Source of the DNA: Rhizaria sp. SCN 62-66
Lineage: Eukaryota
Reading direction: 5' to 3'
Length of the DNA stretch: 42,504 bases
Assembly (NCBI GenBank): GCA_001724265.1
Contig: MEDY01000265.1
Span: 1 to 42,504 of the forward strand
Under the pieces are notes generated by a model. The model was not told where the DNA came from. It made no database searches and worked only from the letters and a program-made list of their open reading frames with translations. A program made the position numbers and the translations under genes. Below, in pieces: positions 1-9,900 of this stretch. How positions within the stretch are numbered: position 1 is the stretch's first letter; each line of letters opens with the position of its first letter.

Positions 1-895
1 AATTAAAATGTTGTGCACGAACTCAAACACAATTTTACGACATACCTATCAAGATTTCGTCAATAACAGCAAACGGCCCAATTCGCGACCCCCGTGTAAC
101 TTTCGGGTGAAGAGAGAAAGTGCAAGGAGGGTTGACCGGGGGCCGAGCGCGTTTGTCCCGTTTATGGCCACATACACACCATAATGCACGTCTTTGATGT
201 TATTTTCTAACAGAAACGGGTCAGATATGTTTATTAAGGCGCTCAATTTTGTCCGCGCTTGAGCAAGGTCGCGTCTGTGGGGCCGTCTTGGCGGCCTGTC
301 ACCCACGTCGACAAGCATGCGCGCGTTCTTTGCGTCTGCATACCGCGACCCCTGATCCCCGCGGGGAAAATGTGTTGCGACAGCAGTTTGCATAGGGTAT
401 TCATACACAATATAGTAAATGTGTATTGGCTGGAACGCAACCTAAAGGTGTGTACGAACGATTCTACGCAAAGCTTGCCCGTTTTCCGCCCGTTCTCCAC
501 AAAAAGAAACTGCTGTAACCCTGCAACCCACGGTAAAGTGGAGTAAATCGTGGTTTTGGTCTATTGAAAGAGTCTAAGTAGCATATATACGGACCATACA
601 CAAAAAGAATACACTAGATTACAAGTGAACGAACGAAATACAACATTGTTCTGGACAGAAACAACCGTATTATTGCTCTTCCGCATGTGTTTCCGCAGAG
701 GTGTGGCCGTGCAAAAAGTGGCCGAAAGTGACTGTGCACTCGTCTATTTTTGGCTCATAAAGCAAAAATAGTTCAGCACAGCACAACCTGAGTCACACAC
801 TCAATCGAAGTTCATAAAAGCAGTCGCTTCATCTCGATCTATATACGTACTTTCATATATGTACAAGAAAAGACTCTTTTGGTGTCAAGTGATGT

Positions 896-1397
896 TCACT
901 CGCTGTCACTATCACCGTATGCCATCAGTAACGACAGCCCCCCTTTAGTCGCCGGAGTCGTTGAGCCTGCATTCGCACCAGTTGTTGTTGCGCTGCCACC
1001 GCTGCCGCTGTTACCCGTGTTACTTGTGTGTGTGTCAGCGTTTGCGCGATCGCCGTTCGAGGTGCTGCTCAAGTCGCCCGTAGCGCAGCCACCATTTGTA
1101 CTGGGGGCCGGCTGCTGTGGCTTCCTTTGCTCCTGCTGGCCGCTCGTCGTGCCGTCACTCGAGATCGCGTTCGATTGAGTGGCGCTTGCAGCAGGGGAGT
1201 GGGGCCGCTTCAGACTTGAACTCTGACTCGTTGCAGCATTGACAGCGCTGCTGCTGCTGGTAAGGCTATTCTTACTGTTATCGCTCGCGGCAACCTTCTT
1301 GACAACGGCGACCCTGTTCCTAACAGCGCCGGCCACGGCCGCAGCGCCAGCGCTGGAACCCGCGGCCACAGGTACGCTGGAGCTCCCGCTCGCACCT

Positions 1398-1429
<32 letters not shown>

Positions 1430-2093
1430 CAAAGCGGCAGCAATGCTTGCGCTGTCATCATTGTCAGCGTTGTCGATTCCACCAGTGCGGATGCTGTTGC
1501 TGTTGTTCTCGCCAACAGCGCTGTTAACACCGTTGTGCGCCACCGCGCTCGAGTTCGCGCCGAGCCCGGACGCCGCAGCGCCCGCGCCTGACGAGGCGGT
1601 CGCAGTGAGGGCGCGCGCGTGCGTCAGTTTGGCGAGCTCGAATGCGCGACCATCATCCTCTTCCAGCTCCTGCGCCTGCGCCCGGCGGCGCGCGCGCTCC
1701 TCCTCCTGCTGGTCGAGGAAGTCGGCCTCGTCCTCATCGAGCGCGGCGGGCGGCCGGTGGCGGGTGCGCTCGCGGGCCTCGGCCTCGGCCTCCTCGCGCC
1801 GCGTCGCCAGCTGCGCCGCCAAAGACACGCCGGCGCCGGCGCTGCGGCCCGCGGCGGTGCTGAGCGCTGGAAACAGCAAAATACATGTGCGAGTGAAGTT
1901 TCAGAGAAAAAAATAGTGATTGTGAGGCAAGCGAGAGCGGGGGAGGGTAGCGTGTCAGGAAGAGAGAGTTGTGAAAAGCAAGAGGAAAGCAGGCTGGGTA
2001 CGGACTGGTAGTGTTTGCTGTGGGGTCAAAAGTCTCTGTCTCGGTGTAGCCAAGACCGTCAGAAGTGACGGTGGCACCGACGACAAACTGCAT
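896..2093 (-). CDS. PSME3IP1: PSME3-interacting protein / FAM192A (NIP30, Fyv6-like), 2 exons: 2093-2006, 1866-896
   Basis: Exon 2 encodes SLAAQLATRREEAEAEARE...PPAALDEDEADFLDQQEEERARRR, the NIP30/FAM192A N-terminal signature (xLDEDExxFLD). The C-terminus LSLLMAYGDSDSE is also family-like. The intron GTCCGT(2005)...TTTCCAG(1867) is phase 1 and joins A+CG in frame. Confidence 0.8.
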
Positions 2094-2406
2094 TGCGTAA
2101 CTGTGTATGCACGAGCAAGTGGGAGGGTGCGGCTACGCAACTGATTGAGTCGAAGGTTGAAAATGAAGTAAGATAAGGCCATAGATCAACGTCTCTAAGA
2201 GTACCTTTAAAGTATAACAACGAAATACACGTTTAAATACAGGTCCACGAAGCATTGATGCAGCTAGACGGGTGAACAGTGTGTTTAATCAATAGTGTTT
2301 GAAATGGCTCGCCGATCTTTCGGCGCGCAAAGGCAATGGATGAGGAGCGCCACTTGCATCACAATGTGTGCCGTTATCTGATCGACGACAAGTTCCAGAG
2401 CAGAAC
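2094..2406. promoter_or_regulatory. Probable bidirectional promoter between PSME3IP1-like (-) and ELF1 (+)
   Basis: Divergent ATGs 313 bp apart with an AT-richer spacer. Inferred from geometry only. Confidence 0.45.
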
Positions 2407-3422
2407 ATGGGTAAGCGCAAGAGTAAGGTACGTTTATCCCGTTAATAAGATCTTCGGGATCGTGCGTCTCGCCATTTCTGTACTCCTTTTGTTCCTTCAC
2501 CGACCCTAGACTCGTTCGCCCTCCACCTGCTCTGGCTAGGTGCTGTCCAGAGCTCCCCTCTCATTTTTTCATCATTTTTTTCCTCTGAACCTACTGCCGC
2601 GACTGTGTCATCCTGCCTGGTGTTTTTTTTTGACGTACACAGGTTAAGGTCGTCGCCAAGAAGAAGATTTCCGTGGCGACCGTGTTCGACTGCATCTTCT
2701 GCGACGACACCCAGGTCGTCGAGGTCTCGATCAAGAAGATGACCGCACTTCTCCGCTGCCGCTCCTGCCACACCGCGTTTGAGATGCCCGCCAACAACCT
2801 CACGCGCCCCATCGACGTCTACAACCGTTGGTTCGACCAGGCGAACGAGATCAACGAGCGCGCGGCGCTCGAAGCCACCGGCGGCCGCTCGATCGACTCG
2901 GCCGCCGCCGCCGTCGCCGCGCGCGCCGCGGCCGCTGCGGCGCTGCGCAAGCAGGCCGAGGACGAGTTCGTTGTCGACGGCAGCGGCGACGACGACGACG
3001 AGAAGGACGAAGAGGAGGAGGAGGCCGTGAGCGCGAAGGTGAAGCGCTCCAAGCCCGCGCCCGCCGCCGCCGCGGGCAAGGGCAGCGGCGACGACGTTAA
3101 GGTCAAGCGCGAGGCCGCTGCCGCCGCCGCCGCCGCCGCCGCCGCTAACCCCAAGTCCGAGGCCGTCGCTGCCCCTGCGCCTGCCCCCAGCTCCAGCTCC
3201 AGCGCCGGTGCGGGCGCTGCGATCGAGGACGAGGAGTGGGAGCATATCGACAAGGCGTCTGTGCCCCCTGCCTCGGCCGCTGCCGCCGCCGCTGCGCCCG
3301 CTGGTAAGGCCGACGTCGAGGATGAGGCCGACGCCGAGGCTGACACTGTGACTGTGAAGACTGAGGGTGTGAAGAGTGAGGCTGTGGTGGTTGGCCGCCA
3401 GGTTGATGAGGATGAGGAGTAA
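2407..3422 (+). CDS. ELF1: Transcription elongation factor 1 (Elf1/ELOF1) with long acidic, Ala-rich C-terminal tail; exons 2407-2427, 2643-3422; about 266 aa
   Basis: Spliced product MGKRKSK|VKVVAKKKISVATVFDCIFC...CRSC...NLTRPIDVYNRWFD has the canonical Elf1 basic N-terminus, zinc ribbon (FxCxFC...CxxC) and PIDVYxxWxD motif. Phase-0 intron GTACGT(2428)...CACAG(2642). Confidence 0.95.
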
Positions 3423-3800
3423 ATACGCAGAATTAACGAGATATATCTATAAATAAAGGATACCATACATATACCAACGGGAAAACACGCATATACTTCG
3501 TATATTGTTGAATATACAGCAATACAGCAAAGTTACAGTTTGACTGTACAGTCATTACAGTAACAAGCTTTGAGTTGATGGCATTGCATCAAGACCTTGA
3601 AGATAGAAACACATGCAGATTCGACTAGTATTTTTTGCTTTATTTCAATCTGGCCAATTTATTTAAACCATACACGTAAACAAAGCTATCTTGTGATATT
3701 TCAACAGTAATATGTGTCCCGCACAGAGCAACTCAGCTTAACTTGTGGCGACTTGCTCACAGTCCAGTGACTCGTTGCTTGCGTGCTTGCTCCTCTGCAT

Positions 3801-5760
3801 TCACGCAAAGGGGTTCTTGATGGCGCCCTTCTGCGCCTGGTAGCACACGCCGCCGACGGGAACGTCTTTGTCAGCCCACATGAGCGTCACCGACACGCCC
3901 TTGACGGTCATCAGCATCAACGGCTCCACCTTGAAGTTGGGCTCGGTAGCGAAGCCGACGGCGCAGGCCACCTCGTCGGGCACGTAGTAGAGGCGCGTAA
4001 TCTCGTCCGGGTGCAGCGGGCCCGTGTAGGGCGAGTTGGGACCGCGGGGGGCCGCGGTCATCATCATGCCGGCGTAGCCGCCCTGGGGGGGAGGGAGAAA
4101 ATAATAAAAACCAAGATATCGGATGATATATGTAAGATCCCATGACAATCAAAGATATCAATTATTATCTAAGAAATATATAATATCACATTTTTGAACT
4201 GAAGACACTATCTATATGTTCTTAAGTTGTTTTGTGAGGCATACCTGGAACATGACGTGGATGAGGGCGAGGATGCGCTGCAGCTGCTTCTCCTGCTCCG
4301 TCTCCGGGTCCTTAGCAGCGGCATCACGCGCTTCGCGGGCCTTTTCCTCCGCAGCGGCTTTGGCGGCAGCCTCGGCCTCGGCCTTGGCGGCGGCGTCGGC
4401 CTCAGCCTTGGCGGCAGCCTTGGCCTCGGCCGTCTGAGGCGCAGTGGCGTCGGCGCCGGTGAAACGAGCCTCAACCTGGATAACCATCGGTTAGCAAACA
4501 AAAACAATCAACATGCGATGAATACCGTCAAAAATGTGAGCTCCCACATGAGAAATAAACCATCGTTCAAACTCGTGAAAAAAAATACTCGCAGTTACGG
4601 GTGAGACGACCGATGACTTCGTTCCGCTCGTATATTGCATGCGTATATGTCAGTGCATGTATACGTACCTCCTTGGCCATGGCTTCCTGCTCGGCTTGCT
4701 CCTCGGTCTTGGGCCCGCACAGCGCGAGGGCCTCGACAAGGTCGTTCTGCGTCTGCAGCAGCGCGGCGCGCGCCTGGCTCTCACTCGCGCCAGTCTGCTC
4801 CGTGATAATCGTCACCATCAGCGGGTCGGCCTGCAGAGGAGGGAAGTGGCAAAACAACAAATAGACACACAGATAACGTTGTGAGAACAGAGAAAGAAAC
4901 CCGTGAGACTAATAGACATCACCAAGCCAACACATGAGAATCAGTGAACATTGAGTTCCAAGAGGGCCACTTAAGTTTGTTTGCGCTTAGAGAGCGGGTA
5001 CGTACCTCCTCGTGGGAGCCGACGGCGGCAGCGGCAGCGGCGCGGTTGGCCTCGGCCGTGGCTTTCTCATGCTCCGCCTTCGCGGCGGCCTCGGCCTTGG
5101 CCTTCTTGGCGGCGGCGGCCTCCTCGGGGGTCTGGATGAGCGAGTCCATGTCGAACACGGCCCAGAGGTACGCGAAGAGATCCTTGTTGTCCTGCAGCTT
5201 CGCGATCATCTGCTCCTTAGTCGCCACGAAGGGGTGCGCGGCGAGCCACACGTCAGCCCAGCGGCGCAGCGGCACGGCAGCCTTGAGCTCGGAACCCGAC
5301 GACGCGGCCGGGGTGATAGTGAAGGTGTTCTCCTGGACCGCGTATTTGCCCTCGTAGAGCTTGCGGTGCACAACCTTCCAGAGGTACTTGGGCAGCTTGA
5401 TCGCCTCGAATTGCGCCTGGAGAGCGGAACATGGCAGAACAGAGAAAGCACGTGAAAAATAGGAGGGGATTGAATAAGCACAAGGATTATTGAAGAGAGA
5501 TGTCGGTGCTTAGAACCAAAAGCAAGGTATATAGATTAGAATGATCAAATGTATGCGGGAGTCTCGTCGCATTACGATACGACTTGATACACGCAAGATA
5601 TCCCTGTTCAAAGGATACTGGTCATGGAGAGAATGAAGTTGGAGCGGCAACGGACCTGGTGCGCCTCGATGAAGGCTTGCAAAGAGTGGGCCTTGTCGTA
5701 CTCGGCGCGCTCCTCGGCGGTGAGAGTGGAGAGATCCACGTTGGTGAGCGGGGCAGACAT
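3801..5760 (-). CDS. TTLL12-type SET-like domain protein with inserted NAC/HYPK-type UBA domain and no TTL domain; exons 5760-5656, 5416-5006, 4830-4669, 4475-4245, 4082-3801; about 396 aa
   Basis: All four introns are GT-AG, phase 0 and in frame. FIEAHQAQFEAIKLPKYLWKVVHRKL, VWLAAHPF...KLQDNKDLFAYL and LYYVPDEVACAVGFATEPNFKVEPL...VTLMWADKDVPVGG follow the order of TTLL12 N-terminal SET-like blocks as I recall them. Exon 3 (VTIITEQTGASESQARAALLQTQNDLVEAL) resembles the NAC-type UBA domain. Confidence 0.7.
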
Positions 5761-6905
5761 CAGGAAGTGTCGGCTGTAGTGACGTTGGCGTCGAACGGAG
5801 CACAGGCGTGAGGTGATAAATGAGAGGGAAAAGTTGTGTTGGGAAAGCGGTGAGTATACGGGCACGGTGGCTCTTCTTTGGAGTGCAGAATAATGAGCTA
5901 CCAGAGCACCGTAAATCTGGTCCCATAGTTGAGCTATGCTCTAAAAAAACGAAATTCCGCTGAGATAAATAACAATCCCGGAGGGTCTTCATGGACGGAC
6001 TGTTCCCGAACGTGACCCAACCACAGTCCGGCTTGTGGTGGCCAGATAAGGGCAACCAAGGGAACCAAACTGCGCTTTCTGCTCTGTGATAGGAATAACG
6101 GTCAAGAGAAGCTAAAAAGTGCACAAAAGCAAGAAACGTCCTATTTATAACTTTTATTTGAACTTTGAATTGGTTCAACAACAACTAGATCGTCGATTCA
6201 GTGCGTGATATTCTCTCCGAACAGGTTCTATGCCGATCATCACAGTTGTTCTATTATAACCGAGTCAAAGAGGCATAATGTGTGCTTGTTTCAAAGTACA
6301 AGCGCGTGCTTATGATCTAAAACGAGGCACCAAATTGTATTTTAGTTCAATTTTTGAAGGCATGCCGTAAATGCTCGGAGAACTGAGAGAAACTGTGTCG
6401 CCTACGTTCAATCTCTGGTAACTCCAAATGCATATTCATGCATCCGAAGGCCTTAACATCGACATATTGAAGTAAAACCAAGGTTGCGAAAAGAACTCCA
6501 CTTGATTTATACTATATATATGATTTTTTCTTAAAGACTTTCGCTTCGCTCCGAAAAGCCGTGGGGGAGCCGGACGTCGGGCATTAGTTAGCAACGTCGA
6601 GATGGCCTGGTGTGGACGACTCTAAGTTGTTGAAACAAGTTTGGACAAATCATCATCGCCAACGTGGAATTTGCAGAACTTACGACGAGGCATATAATCT
6701 CTGTTGTATTACCCAAATTTTAAAACTTTTTGGTGACGCGATATAGATCTTGAACAGCCAAGTCGCACTTCCAGTCGCACTTTGGTGAGCGCCCCAATCC
6801 CACTCCTTTTCCAGCATTCTACCACTTTATGATCTTACACTCACAACCAATTGCCTTGTTTTCCATCAACGTTCTTGGTTTCGTCTTATTTTGCCAGACT
6901 TTTTA

Positions 6906-9900
6906 ATGTCGTCCAAACCTCTTAGCGACGACACCAACACCCCGCCGGACACGTCTGGCGGTGGTGATGTTGCCACTGATACTTCAGTTCCCGTTCCTGT
7001 TACCACTGAGGCTACTCCTGCTGCAACTGTTGATGCTCATGATGACACTGCCCCCGTTCCCAGCAGCACCTCTGCGAAGTTGGATTCTGCTCCTGCGGCA
7101 ACGGCCGCTCCCGCAACTGCTGCAAAGAACACTCGCAACAGCGAGGAGGAAGAGGAGGACGGTGCGATCGAGATGGCTCCTCTTGGCAACAAGCAGTCCA
7201 AAAACGATAACAATAACTCAAACGCTACTGCCGTTGCAAACACGAGCACTGCGCTTGTTCCTGGTTTCGCTGCTGCTGCACCCGCGCAGGTTCTTCCTGA
7301 CCTGACGATTGCATATTGCAGCGCCAGCGTCAGCATTAACGTCACCCGCGCTTCCCAGGAAGTCCAGACAGTCTTTTCGCCTTTCGTCAACGTCTTCTCT
7401 GCCGCATACTCCGCGATCACCGGCCGCGGCGCGCACAGCAAGGAGACCTTTTACCGCGTCCACAACGCTACCGGCCGCATCAAGCCGGGCACGATGACCA
7501 TGGTGCTGGCCCCTCCCGGCCAAGGCAAGTCCTCCTTCCTCCGCATGCTGGCCCAACGCCTGCCTCTAGACGAGAACACGCCGAACCCCAACGTCGACTC
7601 CGAGTCCGCCCACGCTAACAGCGTTGTCGAGGACGCCGGCGCGTGCGGCGTGCGCTACAACGGGCTGTCGGCCCCGCAGGCCGAGGCTCAGGGCTGCTCC
7701 GTGCGCCGCCTGTGCCACTTCGTGGAGCAGGTTGACGAGCATCTGCCGCTGCTCACGGTCCGCGAAACGCTCGACTTCGCGAACCGGTGCACGTCGGCCA
7801 CGCCCAGCACGGCGCGCGTGGACCAGGTGATCGCGCTACTGGGGCTCGAGGAGTGCGAAAACACCATCCTGGGCAATGCGCTCATCCGCGGCGTGTCGGG
7901 CGGCCAGAAGCGCCGCGTGACCGTGGGCGAGATGCTCGTCGGCGACGCGCGCGCCGTGTTTCTGGACGAGTACAGCAACGGGCTCGACACTGCGACCGCG
8001 GAGGACCTCACGCGCGGGCTGCGGGCGTGGACCCGCGCCACCAACGGGTCCGTGGTCACCACGCTGCAGCAGCCGACACCCGGTCTCTTCGCGTGCTACG
8101 ACGAAATCATCATCCTCAACAACTCCGAGGTGCTGTACCACGGCCCGCGCGTTGATGTTGTGCCTTTTTTTGCGTCGATGGGGTTTAAGTGCCCCGACGA
8201 CGTCGACGTGTGCGACTTCGTCATCGATTGCGTGTCGCAGCCGCGCACCGCGCTGCAGCGCCTCCAGCTCCACTCTAAGCGCCAGCGCCGGAACAAGGCC
8301 AAGGCCAAGGCCAAGGGCGCCAACACGGGCAAGTATACTGCCGCCGTCGCCGCCGCCGCCGCCGCCGCTGATGGCGACGACGATGACGACGACGAAGACA
8401 AGGACAAGGGCGTGCAGAGCTCGCTGGGCCTGCTGGCCTACGCTCCCGCGCCCTGCGTGACGTCGGCGCTTATGGTGGCTCACTACCAGAGCACCGTCTT
8501 CTACTGGCGGCAGCTCAACGACATCAAGCCCTACTTCACCGGCGTCGCGGTCGCCGACACGCACCCGTCCCTCGAGCATGCCAACAACAACAACAACCGC
8601 GCAGTTGTCGAGGTCAACAGCGCGCGTGCTGCTGCTGCTGCTGCTGCGCCCCTGGGCATCAACTCGCTGCTGTTGCCTCTCAACGAGGACGCTCTTAGCA
8701 AGGCGCACGCCAACGCCGCGACCCACAAGCCCGCGGCCGACGCCGACGCCGGCGAGCACGTTTTCACCAGTTTGCGCGGCGCGCCCGTCAGCGAGGCCAC
8801 GAAGCGTTTCTCCACGGGCTACCGGCAACCCGTGTCGAGCCTACTGGGCATGGTGCTCAAGCGCCAGGGCCAGATCGTCGTCCGCAACAAGGGCCTCATC
8901 ATGCCGCGCCTCATGCAGGCCGTCGTGATGGGCCTCATCAACGGCTCCCTCTACTGGCAGATCCCGCCCGAGTCGTTTTTTCTCCGCACGGCCGTGCTGC
9001 TCATCGCCATCGCGCAGGTCGGCTTTGCGAACATGGTCGAGATGCCCATTTCCGTTCAGAACACCCGTATCGTCTACCGCCAGTCGGCCTCTGGCTTCTA
9101 CCCGCCGTACCTGTACATCATCGCAGCCAGCATCATGTCAATCCCGCTGTTCGCCGCCGAGTGTCTGCTGTTGGCCTCCGTCATGTACTGGATGTCCGGC
9201 TGCTACCCGGGCGGCGCCGAGTTCATGACCTTCTATTGCCTTCTCCTCGTTCAGTCCTTTAACATCGCCATTCTCTTCCGCTTCCTCGCCTCCTCGGTCA
9301 AGAACGAGGCCGCCGCGCAGTCCATCGCCGGTCCCATCGTCGGTATCTGCATGCTTCTCGCCGGTTTCTTCGTCAACGAATCGGCCATGCCCATCTTCAT
9401 GCGCTGGCTGCTCTGGCTTTCGCCCTTCAACTGGACGCTCCGTGCTCTCACTAACAACGAGTTCCTATCGGCGCGCTACGATGACATCTCGGACACCGGC
9501 ATGCGCGTCGGCAACCTCTACCTCAAAACGCTGCAGATCCGCATTGGCTACGAGTGGATTGGTTACGCCGTTCTCTTCCTGTTTGGACTTGCTTTCATCT
9601 TCATTATTGGCCACGCTATCATCTCTTGGCGCCCCTACTATGAGGCCAGCATCGGCACTCGGTACGCTTCACAACATCTTAGATATATCTCCATCACGAT
9701 TCATTAAAGCTTATTGTAACATTTTTTTGCGGTGTATTTACGTTGCATAATATGTATAATTTATATTTCATTACTTAAAGCTCATAGCTCTCTTTATTTG
9801 CCCTTGTTTTGATCTTCGCAGCCGCGTCGAGGAGGCTGAGGTGCTGGCGACCCAGCAGGAGCAGGAGCAGGAGCAGCAGGAGCAGGCCGCGCGCGAGCAG

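Noticed and set aside
5510..6184. 224-aa minus-strand ORF upstream of the SET-like gene
   Set aside because: Non-coding-like composition; it crosses the promoter, exon 1 in another frame and intron 1.
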